DNA of 53,068 nt, taken from a virus. Taxonomy: Duplodnaviria; Caudoviricetes. Location of the stretch: IMG/VR virus record IMGVR_UViG_3300037762_000317, positions 1-53,068 of that record; one strand, given 5' to 3'. The notes below the pieces were generated by a model. It ran no database searches. It was not told the origin of the DNA and was given only the letters and a program-made list of their open reading frames with translations. Both the position numbers and the translations under genes were made by a program. Position 1 is the stretch's first letter; each line of letters opens with the position of its first letter. Positions 24,534-32,815 of the stretch are shown here, piece by piece.

Positions 24534-26532
24534 CGAGGATGCGGCCGCGCGCGTCTCGGCCTGGCGTGGTGTTGCCGCGTGCGTCTGTGCCGTTGCTGCT
24601 GGAGCCGCGCGCGTCGACGCCAAACAGGATCTCCCCCTGATTGAACGCCCCCACCGCCAACACCCCGTTGGTCTCGGTGGCGGTGTCGATGGGGATGACG
24701 AAGAACCCGACCAGCGTCCGCGCGACGTCGGTTTCCAGCGCGATGGGCATGATGCCTTCGGCGAAGACCGACAACGCCGCCGCCGTGTCGGCCTCCGCGG
24801 CGGCGACGACGGCGACGATTGTGTCGCCCACGGGAGTGACGGTCTGCGCTGCGTCGGTCTCCGTCGCCGGGGCGGCGGCGAGCGCGACGGCAGACGCAAC
24901 GGCTAGTGCGGCGTCGGTTTCGAGGGCGGGGTCGACCGCGATATTCGTGGCGCCGCCGGTGGAAATGGTCTGCGCCGCGTCGGATTCGGCCGCGACCCCG
25001 AGTGTCTGTGTAAACGCCAGCGATGCTGTGACGGCTTGCGCGGCGTCCGACTCGCCGGCGAGGGTGCTGGGGAGGGCGCGGCCCACATCGACCGCGAGAG
25101 ACGATTCTGCGGCGACTGGGACGCCCAAGACGGCCGATAGGGTTTGCGCGGTGTCGGTTTCGGCGGTGACGCCGAGCGCGCCGGGCGTCGACAACGCCTG
25201 CGCCGCGTCCGTCTCGCCGGCGACGTCGACGGCGAGGGTGTTCGCGAGCTGTGACGTGACCGTCTGCGCGGCGTCGGTTTCGAGTGCTGGGTCGGCGGGC
25301 TGCGACTGTGCGCCGCCGCCGCCCTGGTCGAGCGTGACCGCCTGCGCCGCGCCGGTTTCGGCGGCGAACGCGATATCGGCTGCGAGCCCAAACGTCTCCG
25401 CCGCGTCGGTCTCGTCGGCCGGTTCGGGTTGGACCGCCCATTCGTTGGTGGCTGCTGCGGTGTCGGTTTCGAGTGCTATGCCGACGGCGGTGCCGCTGGC
25501 GAACACCACCGTTTGGGGGCTGTCGGCTTCCGCGGCGATCAACAGCGTGAAGACGTGCTCGATCGGCTGCGCGGCCGTATCAACTTCGAGGGCGATGCCG
25601 ATGGTGAACGATTGGCCTCCGCCGCCGGTGTCGGCGGTGACCGGTTCTGCGGTGTCGGTTTCGGCTGCGGGGTCGACGGCGACCGCGACCCCCAACACTG
25701 ACGCGGCGTCCGTCTCGACAGGGAACGTGACAGCGATGGCTAGGACAACGACTGGGGAGACCGCGATGTCGGTTTCGTCGGCGGCGAGGACATCCAGCAG
25801 GTGTTCAACGGGGACCGCAGCGGAGTCGGTTTCGGGGGCGATGCCGATTTCGAACGACTGGGGGCTGCCGCCTCCGCCGCCGGTGTCGACCGTGACCGTC
25901 TGCGCCGCCTCAGTGGACGCCGCGATGTCGATGGGGATGCTGTAGAACAGCGTCAACCCGGCGGCGTCCGTCTCCAGCGCGGGGTCCGCGGCGACGGTTT
26001 GCGGACCGGACACCGTGATCGCAGGCGTCTGCGGGTAGGCGTCCAACGCGGTGGTGGCGTTGGACTTCCCGAGGCATCGCAGATTGATCGTGTCGCCCAA
26101 CGCCACATCGGCCGAACGGATCTGAACGGCGAACTCGACTTCGGTGTGCCCGGACGCGGCGACCGCGTGCGTGCCGGTCAGCCCGTCGGTCTCGTCGAAC
26201 GCGCCGGCGGCGAACGTGCCGGTGCCGTTGATGAGCAGGTTCGTCGTCGCGGCGGCGTCCGCCACCACGCCTGACGCGGTTGCGCGGACGACTGTGCTGG
26301 AGCCGGTGACGTTGACGTAGCCGCCGCCGTTGCGCTGATACTGCAGCTGCGGGACGAACGAGCCGGTGGCGCCGCCGGTCTCCTGTAGCTCGAACCGCAC
26401 CCGGAACGTGGTGTCGACGAGTTGACCCCAGTTGGTGTTGATCGCGGCGAGCCACCCGCCGTCGGTGTTCAACGCGGTGGTGTCGTCCCTGCCGCGGAAC
26501 GACAGCTGCGACGTCGTGAAGTGCAGCGTCAC
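24514..26532 (-). CDS. virion fibre-like protein with about 22 (A/P)xETDxA repeats
   Basis: beta-rich N-terminal domain followed by acidic Ala/Thr repeats. Confidence 0.65.
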   Translation of the reverse strand: MTLHFTTSQLSFRGRDDTTALNTDGGWLAAINTNWGQLVDTTFRVRFELQETGGATGSFVPQLQYQRNGGGYVNVTGSSTVVRATASGVVADAAATTNLLINGTGTFAAGAFDETDGLTGTHAVAASGHTEVEFAVQIRSADVALGDTINLRCLGKSNATTALDAYPQTPAITVSGPQTVAADPALETDAAGLTLFYSIPIDIAASTEAAQTVTVDTGGGGGSPQSFEIGIAPETDSAAVPVEHLLDVLAADETDIAVSPVVVLAIAVTFPVETDAASVLGVAVAVDPAAETDTAEPVTADTGGGGQSFTIGIALEVDTAAQPIEHVFTLLIAAEADSPQTVVFASGTAVGIALETDTAAATNEWAVQPEPADETDAAETFGLAADIAFAAETGAAQAVTLDQGGGGAQSQPADPALETDAAQTVTSQLANTLAVDVAGETDAAQALSTPGALGVTAETDTAQTLSAVLGVPVAAESSLAVDVGRALPSTLAGESDAAQAVTASLAFTQTLGVAAESDAAQTISTGGATNIAVDPALETDAALAVASAVALAAAPATETDAAQTVTPVGDTIVAVVAAAEADTAAALSVFAEGIMPIALETDVARTLVGFFVIPIDTATETNGVLAVGAFNQGEILFGVDARGSSSNGTDARGNTTPGRDARGRILVSVDYR

Positions 26533-26864
26533 AGCCGCGCCTCACGGTCGTCCCACGCCGACTTCGCGGGAAGCTCGGGGTCCTCGATCGCGTGCTTCAT
26601 CGCCTTCTCATACTCGCCGCGGGTCAGCGACCGGCCGAACAGCACTTTCCGCCAGCCGGGTCTGGCGAGATAGTCCCACAGCCCGAAGATGTCGCCGCCG
26701 AACCACTGCCCGGACTCCCACCAGTAGAAGTCCCGCGCCGACCAGATGAATCTGCCCACGACCGGATCGTGGACGGCGACGGCTTGGACGTTTAATGCCG
26801 GCGCGTCCTCCGGCGACCCGTCATACACCGTCCCGTCGCCGTAGTAGACGCGCCATGGGACCAT
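26529..26864 (-). CDS. hypothetical protein (aromatic-rich)
   Basis: WRVYYGDG...DFYWWESGQWFGGDIFGLWDYL; coupled to its neighbours. Confidence 0.7.
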   Translation of the reverse strand: MVPWRVYYGDGTVYDGSPEDAPALNVQAVAVHDPVVGRFIWSARDFYWWESGQWFGGDIFGLWDYLARPGWRKVLFGRSLTRGEYEKAMKHAIEDPELPAKSAWDDREARL

Positions 26865-27724
26865 CAGAAGAACCCGAGACCGATCCGCAACACCGGCGAT
26901 TCATCGACCCCGACGACCGGACGGGCCTCCTGATTCTCCACGACCGTCGCGACGGGTAGCAGCGCGAGCACCCCGCCGGCCGCGAGGTCGGTCTCGGCGG
27001 CGTGGAAGATCCCGGACGCATGGTTCAGCGTGATCGCGGCTTCGTTGACCTCGATCGCGGTCGCGACGCCGGTGAACGCGGGGTCGCCTCGGATCGCGAC
27101 GGTCGCGGCGACCGAGTCCTCCGCGGTCATCGTGAACACGCCCGGGTCTTCGGACGCGGCGTTGAGCTGGCGGGAGGCGAACGCGAACCCGGCGCCGGTG
27201 GTGGCGGTGCCGATCCGGTGTTCCGCGAAGTCGGTGTAGTTCACCGGTCCGGCGGTGACCGCGAGGTTGCCCGCGTCGTGCGCCATCACGGCGATCCACA
27301 GGGTGTCCTCCGCAGCCCACCCGGATGGGTCCAAACTAGGGGGGTTGGGGTTCGCCGACGTTGCTGTCGCCGTCAGCGCCGGCGACGCTGTGCTGCTGTG
27401 GGATCCGCCGATCGCATACACACGGGCGGCGCCGCGTTCCGACGCGCCCAATGTGACGGTGATGTTCTGCGCCGCGGCGTTCGCCGACGAGTTGATGATC
27501 TCGTGCACCGACAGGCGGCAGGCGGTGCCGTTCGCGGCTGACAGCACCTGCACCCACGACTGGCCGTCCACCGCGGCGGGCGACACCGTCGGCGCGCCGT
27601 CCCACCCGCACACCAACACCAGCCGGTCGCCAGCCGCGTGCGCGGGCACCTCGACCGTCTTCGCGGTGGCGTCGGAGTTGGTCGCGTGGACCGCCCCGAA
27701 CGCGGCAACCGACGGATATCCCAT
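26864..27724 (-). CDS. putative minor virion/adhesin protein
   Basis: Ala/Thr-rich beta protein with tandem domains; ends IGLGFF. Confidence 0.6.
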   Translation of the reverse strand: MGYPSVAAFGAVHATNSDATAKTVEVPAHAAGDRLVLVCGWDGAPTVSPAAVDGQSWVQVLSAANGTACRLSVHEIINSSANAAAQNITVTLGASERGAARVYAIGGSHSSTASPALTATATSANPNPPSLDPSGWAAEDTLWIAVMAHDAGNLAVTAGPVNYTDFAEHRIGTATTGAGFAFASRQLNAASEDPGVFTMTAEDSVAATVAIRGDPAFTGVATAIEVNEAAITLNHASGIFHAAETDLAAGGVLALLPVATVVENQEARPVVGVDESPVLRIGLGFF

Positions 27725-27727
27725 GGG

Positions 27728-28441
27728 TCAGAACCCGAGGCCGAGCGTGAACCCCGTCGCGTCCGGCGACCCGTTCACCGACGCGCCAGCGCCGAACGTC
27801 CACACATTCCCCTGCGCATCCGTGTAGCTGGTCTGGCTGCCCACGAGCTGCGTGAAATCCGGCGACGCCACCAGCGTTCCGTCGATCCCGCTGCGGATCT
27901 GCGCCTTCGCGACGTCGCCAACGAACGGCCAGTCGGCGCCGCTCTGCGCCGACCCGATCTCAACCAGCGTCGCGACGTTGCCGCGGATGTCGGTGGTCCC
28001 CGCCGACGTGAACTGCCCCCACACCGTCCAGTTCGCCGCCGACAGATCCTCCATCGTCGAGTAGTAGAACGCCACGACCTTCCCGCCGGCGCCGTCATCC
28101 ACGTCGATCGTGACGCGCAACGACAGCCACTGACCGTCGACTCCGGGGTGGCGGGTCGTGGTGACAGTCGTGAACGTGGCCGACGCCGCGTTGTACCACC
28201 GGAACCGCGACATCTGCGTCCCGGTTTGGGCATCGTCCTCGATGCCCCACTGCCACTCGCCCGTGGCGGTCCCGCTCGCAGCATGGCGTTTCGCAATGAG
28301 CCACTGCGGGTTAGGGGAAGGCGACCAATCGTCGGCCCGCGCCCTAATGCGCAGGTCCAGGTCGCCGGTGATCGACAGGCCCGCGGAGTCGGGGGTGGTC
28401 GCGATCGCGCCGGTGCCGTCGCCGTGCAGCCACGTCGCCAC
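27728..28441 (-). CDS. LamG/lectin-like minor virion protein (paralog 2)
   Basis: ATTPDSAGLSITGDLDLRI...TDAQGNVWT; ends LGLGF. Confidence 0.65.
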   Translation of the reverse strand: MATWLHGDGTGAIATTPDSAGLSITGDLDLRIRARADDWSPSPNPQWLIAKRHAASGTATGEWQWGIEDDAQTGTQMSRFRWYNAASATFTTVTTTRHPGVDGQWLSLRVTIDVDDGAGGKVVAFYYSTMEDLSAANWTVWGQFTSAGTTDIRGNVATLVEIGSAQSGADWPFVGDVAKAQIRSGIDGTLVASPDFTQLVGSQTSYTDAQGNVWTFGAGASVNGSPDATGFTLGLGF

Positions 28442-28442
28442 G

Positions 28443-29162
28443 TCAGAATCCGATCCCCACGAGAATCCCCGCCGCGTCCGGCGTGCCGCTGATCGTCACG
28501 CCGCCCGCGAACGTCCACACATTGCCCTGCGCGTCCGTGTACGACGTCTGCCCGGCGGTCAGCGCGGTGAAGTCGGGCGACCCCACCGTAGTCCCAGCGA
28601 TGCCGTTCAGGATCAGCGCCTTGGCGACCGCCCCGCCAGCCGGCATCAGGCTCGTCGTCTGCGTGTTCTGCGACCCGATCTCCACCAGGTTCGCGGCGGT
28701 CCCGCGGATGGTCGTCGTGCCCGCCGTGGTGTTCGGCGTCCCCGCGTTCGTCCACCCGGTGCTCGACGCGATGTCGTCGCCGGGGCCGCTCGCGATCTTG
28801 TACTGCCAGGTGATCACGCGGTTGCCGGAGCCATCGTCGACGTCGAAGAACACGCGATGCGCCAACCAATCGCCGTCAGCCGCAGCGCCACCAAACGTCC
28901 CGGACACGTTCGTGATACTGGTGTCGTCGGGGAACCACCGCCAGCGGGACAGCCTGGCGGCCGCATCGTTGCTCCACTGCCACTCGCCGGTAGCAGCGGC
29001 CGACGAATGCCGCTTGCACATGAACATGTACGCCACCGCCGGTGACCAGTCCGGCACCTTCGCGAGGATCCGCAAGTCGATATCGCCGACGATCGACAGA
29101 CCCGCCGAATCCGGGCAGGACGCGATCCCCGCCGTCCCGTCGGTCTCCAACCACGTCGCCAT
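28443..29162 (-). CDS. LamG/lectin-like minor virion protein (paralog 1)
   Basis: ASCPDSAGLSIVGDIDLRI...TDAQGNVWT; ends VGIGF. Confidence 0.65.
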   Translation of the reverse strand: MATWLETDGTAGIASCPDSAGLSIVGDIDLRILAKVPDWSPAVAYMFMCKRHSSAAATGEWQWSNDAAARLSRWRWFPDDTSITNVSGTFGGAAADGDWLAHRVFFDVDDGSGNRVITWQYKIASGPGDDIASSTGWTNAGTPNTTAGTTTIRGTAANLVEIGSQNTQTTSLMPAGGAVAKALILNGIAGTTVGSPDFTALTAGQTSYTDAQGNVWTFAGGVTISGTPDAAGILVGIGF

Positions 29163-30290
29163 CTATTCGACGGTCGCTGTGCCGGTGTAGTCGGACGGCT
29201 GCCAAATCGACAGGCCGGTCGCGGCGGTGTTCCGCGCCATATAGGGCGTGCCGCCACCCTGCGCTGACACCGTGTACGGGCCAACCGAGTTGTTCGACCC
29301 CTGCGGCCCGAAGAAGATCGCGTGCGGCGCATCCGGGGTCCCGTTGGCCTGGCCGCCGGTGAAATCGTGGCCCTTGAAATCGACGCTTTCTGCGTCGCAG
29401 TAGATGTGATGCCCCCACTGCGAGCCGCCGCTGTTGACGATCTCAGTCTCGCAGTCCGTGAACCGGCAGCCGATCCGCGGCGACGACGCCGACGCGTCCA
29501 CCTCCATCCGAATCAGATAGTTCGCGTTCTGCGCAAAGCTGGCTTTGAAATAGACGTCGGTGACCCAGGACCGCGCCGAGTTGATCGTCCCCGACCCCGT
29601 CCAACCGCCCGCCGTCGCCGTCTGCTTCCGCGCGTAGAACCCCTCGCGCAAAACGTCGCGGCAGACCCCGCCGATCCACTTGCTGTTCGTCCCGCCGCCA
29701 GGTAACACGAGCCCGCGGTAGCAGTTGAACATGTGCAACCCGAACATCTGATGCCAATCAGAGTTCGTCGACGAGATCCCGCGGATCTGCATCGCACAAG
29801 GGCCGGTCACCATGTTCGCGTTCGTCGCCGGCGACAGCCCGAACCCGAAGCTTTGGAACCACACGTCGTCGAACGTCAACGCCTCGCACTGCTCGACCAG
29901 GATCCCCATGTGATGCGTCGACGTCGACGTCGAGATGAGCTTGACGTTTTTTGCGCCGCCGGACCCGAAGTTGCCTTTCCACTCGAGCGCGGCGCGGCCG
30001 GTGCCGACCCCCGCGCCGACGCTGATGCGTGACGCGCGGTTCCCCGCGGCGCCGACGATGTACACCCCGGCCTTGGCGATCACCACGGGCGCGGCGGGTG
30101 TGTGGATGCCCTGCGACAACGCCACGACGCCGCCGTCCGCCCCAGAGGGCGTGGTGGGCAGCGCGTCGACGGCCGCTTGGATCGTCGCCTTCGCCGACCC
30201 CCACGTCAACCCGTCGTTGGTGTCATTGCCACCGGAGACTCTGACATACTGGACGCCGGCGATGCCGGTCTCAAGGTTGTAACGGACCAT
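29163..30290 (-). CDS. pectin-lyase-like beta-helix protein (putative depolymerase/tailspike)
   Basis: YVRVSGGNDTNDGLTWGSAKATIQAAVDAL...GGVVALSQG cap followed by Asn/Cys/Gly beta-helix-like repeats. Confidence 0.7.
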   Translation of the reverse strand: MVRYNLETGIAGVQYVRVSGGNDTNDGLTWGSAKATIQAAVDALPTTPSGADGGVVALSQGIHTPAAPVVIAKAGVYIVGAAGNRASRISVGAGVGTGRAALEWKGNFGSGGAKNVKLISTSTSTHHMGILVEQCEALTFDDVWFQSFGFGLSPATNANMVTGPCAMQIRGISSTNSDWHQMFGLHMFNCYRGLVLPGGGTNSKWIGGVCRDVLREGFYARKQTATAGGWTGSGTINSARSWVTDVYFKASFAQNANYLIRMEVDASASSPRIGCRFTDCETEIVNSGGSQWGHHIYCDAESVDFKGHDFTGGQANGTPDAPHAIFFGPQGSNNSVGPYTVSAQGGGTPYMARNTAATGLSIWQPSDYTGTATVE

Positions 30291-30613
30291 CAGGGGAACT
30301 CCACGTAGGGGTTGGCGCCATTGCCGGTGAACACAGCCGCCTCGCCGCCGTCGACCGCGACCGTGTCGTAATACGGGCGGCCGTCCTCGACGCCGAACTT
30401 CGCCGGGTCGGTCTGGACGCCCTCAACCCAATACGTGTCAGCCGACGGCGGGTCGAACCCGAGGACACCCGTGATGTTCGACATGTCCGACTCCACCGCG
30501 AATGTCAGCGTCTTCGATTGGTTCTTCGGCCGCACGCGCTGCGCGAACACATGCGGCAACGCGACGACGACCGGCCACGACCGGCCGAGAAACTCCCGCC
30601 GCGACAACCGCAT
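30290..30613 (-). CDS. hypothetical protein (start uncertain; 30613 gives a Tat-like SRREFL, an internal ATG at about 30484 has the better RBS)
   Basis: ORF track; GGAG upstream of the internal MSNITG. Confidence 0.55.
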   Translation of the reverse strand: MRLSRREFLGRSWPVVVALPHVFAQRVRPKNQSKTLTFAVESDMSNITGVLGFDPPSADTYWVEGVQTDPAKFGVEDGRPYYDTVAVDGGEAAVFTGNGANPYVEFP

Positions 30614-30621
30614 CCGATGCC

Positions 30622-31086
30622 TTACGAAGCGCGGTAGAAGTCGTTGATCTGCGCAGTAATATTTCCGCCGTTAGGCGTCACTGCAAAATCGTGGCAGGTC
30701 AGCGGGGTGACGTTCGCGTCGGTGCCCGCGGTGCTGTCGGAGTCATAGGCGATGATCAGGTCGGTCCACGCGGTGCCAACCGCCACCGACGTCCACGTCT
30801 GGTCGGGCAGGTCCAGCGGCATCCGGTCGTTGGTGTTGTCGACCGTCATCAGCCCCAGGTCGGTGTCGACCAACAGTTTCCGCGCATAGTTGGCGTTCGT
30901 GACCTCGGCGGTGTTCGCGTCCGCCTCAATCGCCGCGACAGTGGCGAGGTCCATCAGCGTCGCGTCGGTCGCAGTGGTGTTGATCGCGAGGACGATGAGC
31001 TGCGCGTTCGTGGGATCGTTCGTGTCGACCCGGTTGTACAGCTCGGCCACGCGTCCTTTCGCAATATTAAAAACAAAGTTCGCCAT
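30622..31086 (-). CDS. conserved virion structural protein
   Basis: MANFVFNIAKGRVAE...NYARK...DFAVTPNGGNIT pattern typical of phage fibre/appendage modules. Confidence 0.7.
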   Translation of the reverse strand: MANFVFNIAKGRVAELYNRVDTNDPTNAQLIVLAINTTATDATLMDLATVAAIEADANTAEVTNANYARKLLVDTDLGLMTVDNTNDRMPLDLPDQTWTSVAVGTAWTDLIIAYDSDSTAGTDANVTPLTCHDFAVTPNGGNITAQINDFYRAS

Positions 31087-31199
31087 TACGCGTCGTCCTC
31101 CGGTTGCTCGTTCTCTGGCTGCTCGTCCGCGCCGGTCACGGTGGACTTGTCACCAGCTGGTTCGACCTTGACGGCTTGGTCTGATGGCTCGTCTGACAT
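31086..31199 (-). CDS. 37-aa acidic peptide
   Basis: RBS GGGAG; TAATG coupling with the downstream gene. Confidence 0.5.
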   Translation of the reverse strand: MSDEPSDQAVKVEPAGDKSTVTGADEQPENEQPEDDA

Positions 31200-31227
31200 T
31201 GGCGCTCCCGGTTCTCGATGGGGTCGA

Positions 31228-31255
31228 CGGCATCCTACTGACATGCTGCTGACAT
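31228..31255 (-). promoter_or_regulatory. putative late promoter, copy 1
   Basis: ATGTCAGCAGCATGTCAGTAGGATGCCG; 27/28 identical to 42122-42149. Confidence 0.65.
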
Positions 31256-31281
31256 TCGGCGGTGGCGTGGACGGCGGCCAC

Positions 31282-31310
31282 TGGACTCTCGCGCTCTACC
31301 TATGTAGAGT
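31282..31310 (+). promoter_or_regulatory. leaderless promoter with palindromic operator for padR
   Basis: TGGACT-N17-TAGAGT, 6 nt before ATG; CTCTAC-N4-GTAGAG at 31294-31309. Confidence 0.65.
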
Positions 31311-31316
31311 GGAGGG

Positions 31317-31565
31317 ATGCGGAGGACTGAGGCGCAACGGCGAGTCCTGATGGCACTGCTCGCGGACCCCGACGCGCGCCACTACGGCTACGAACTCTGG
31401 AAGGCGACCGGGGTGCGCAGCGGCACGCTGTACCCGATCCTGCACCGCATGCTCAACGCGGGATGGCTGGCGGATGGGTGGGAGGAGCAGCGGGGGAAGC
31501 GTCCGCCGCGCCGCTACTACACGGTCACCGAACTCGGCCGCGCCGAAGCGAAGGGCAGGCCGTGA
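31317..31565 (+). CDS. PadR-family regulator
   Basis: HYGYELWKATGVRSGTLYPILHRMLNAGWL...RRYYTVTELG. Confidence 0.9.
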   Translation: MRRTEAQRRVLMALLADPDARHYGYELWKATGVRSGTLYPILHRMLNAGWLADGWEEQRGKRPPRRYYTVTELGRAEAKGRP

Positions 31566-31717
31566 ACGTCGTCAAGGTCGACAAAGGCGTCATCATCGTC
31601 GCCGACTACGCCGGTCTCGTCCTGTGGGAACACGCCGACGTATTGGACTTCGTCGCGAAACTGCGCGCCGTCAGTCGCGTGATCGACAACCTGGAGACTG
31701 GTGCCCCCGCGCAGTGA
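31562..31717 (+). CDS. hypothetical protein
   Basis: GTGA-coupled, VNVVKVDKGVIIVADY... Confidence 0.5.
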   Translation: MNVVKVDKGVIIVADYAGLVLWEHADVLDFVAKLRAVSRVIDNLETGAPAQ

Positions 31718-31758
31718 AGGGCTGCCGGGGGCCGGCCGACACGTTGGAGGTGTCGACA

Positions 31759-31941
31759 ATGAGCAAATTAGCAGCGGTGGCCGTCGCGGCGGGAGGGTTG
31801 GCGGCCATCTGGTGGGCAACCGTCCGCGTCTTGGACAGCGCCGACGCCTGGGCTTTCATCGACCACCCCGAACTGGACGACGACGGGGCAGACGGGGCGA
31901 CCGTCGATGAGCTACTCGACGAGGAGGTTGGTGATGCCTGA
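31759..31941 (+). CDS. small membrane protein
   Basis: RBS GGAGG; MSKLAAVAVAAGGLAAIWW. Confidence 0.55.
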   Translation: MSKLAAVAVAAGGLAAIWWATVRVLDSADAWAFIDHPELDDDGADGATVDELLDEEVGDA

Positions 31942-32260
31942 CACCTATCAGCATCACCGATTCGGGTGGCTCGCAAGCAACGAAGCATGGGACATCAAAC
32001 GCGCCGTGAGCGTCCGCGAGGTCACCACAGCGACCGGTCGACAGCTCGAAATGACGGACGGGTCGGTCAGCGACGCCGTCGCCGTGGTGCTGCGTGGCCA
32101 ACTGTGCGACGAGTCCGGCCAGCTCAGCGCAGTGTTCCTGATGCGGCGAGACCAAGCGCTCTACCTCGCGCGTCACCTTCTCTGGCAGGCGCTTCGAGTC
32201 CGGGAAGAAACGCAACCGCTGTGGCGGGTTCTTGTCGAGCGCATCACAAGACGGCGATGA
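31934..32260 (+). CDS. hypothetical protein
   Basis: RBS GAGGAGG. Confidence 0.6.
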   Translation: MPDTYQHHRFGWLASNEAWDIKRAVSVREVTTATGRQLEMTDGSVSDAVAVVLRGQLCDESGQLSAVFLMRRDQALYLARHLLWQALRVREETQPLWRVLVERITRRR

Positions 32261-32288
32261 CGGCGGCGGCGAAGTACTGGAGAACCCC

Positions 32289-32552
32289 ATGACCAGCGAC
32301 CCGAAGGTCCCGATGACCGACGCGGAAGTCGACGCGATCATCGCCGCCGACCAACCCACCGTCGTTGAAGATCGGACGTTGAACTACTGGCAGACGGAAC
32401 GACTAATGAGGTGGGCGAAAAGCCGCGGCCCCCACGACGGCATCTTCTTGGAGTTGCGGCGTTGCTCTTTCGAGTTCCATCCGGAGGGATACGACCTGTG
32501 GGAGAAACGGTTGCGGGAGGAGGCCACGGAGCTCGACATGGAGACATGGTGA
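32289..32552 (+). CDS. hypothetical protein
   Basis: RBS GGAG; MTSDPKVPMTDAEVDAII. Confidence 0.55.
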   Translation: MTSDPKVPMTDAEVDAIIAADQPTVVEDRTLNYWQTERLMRWAKSRGPHDGIFLELRRCSFEFHPEGYDLWEKRLREEATELDMETW

Positions 32553-32815
32553 GTAAGCGTCGGTTGGTGGTGTGGGTGGCCGTCCCCGTGTTGCTCGCCG
32601 CCGCCGCATGGCTGCTCACCGTCGGCGTATCACCCCAGGGGCGGGTAACCGCCATGTTGGGGGTGCCGCCGCTCACCATGACGATATGGCTGCTCACGCA
32701 GCCAGGCCAGGATCAAAGGCGGGTCAGGCGCCGAGCGCGGTCGTGTAGGTCGCGGACACCGCCACCACCCTGTAGCGCACCGCCACACCCGACGGCGGAT
32801 AATCCACGAACGTGA
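32549..32815 (+). CDS. membrane protein
   Basis: two hydrophobic segments; tail overlaps the convergent gene. Confidence 0.5.
   Translation: MSKRRLVVWVAVPVLLAAAAWLLTVGVSPQGRVTAMLGVPPLTMTIWLLTQPGQDQRRVRRRARSCRSRTPPPPCSAPPHPTADNPRT

Noticed and set aside
27728-29162. Diversity-generating retroelement template/variable repeats
   Set aside because: No reverse transcriptase in the window, and differences are not adenine-specific; simple paralogy.
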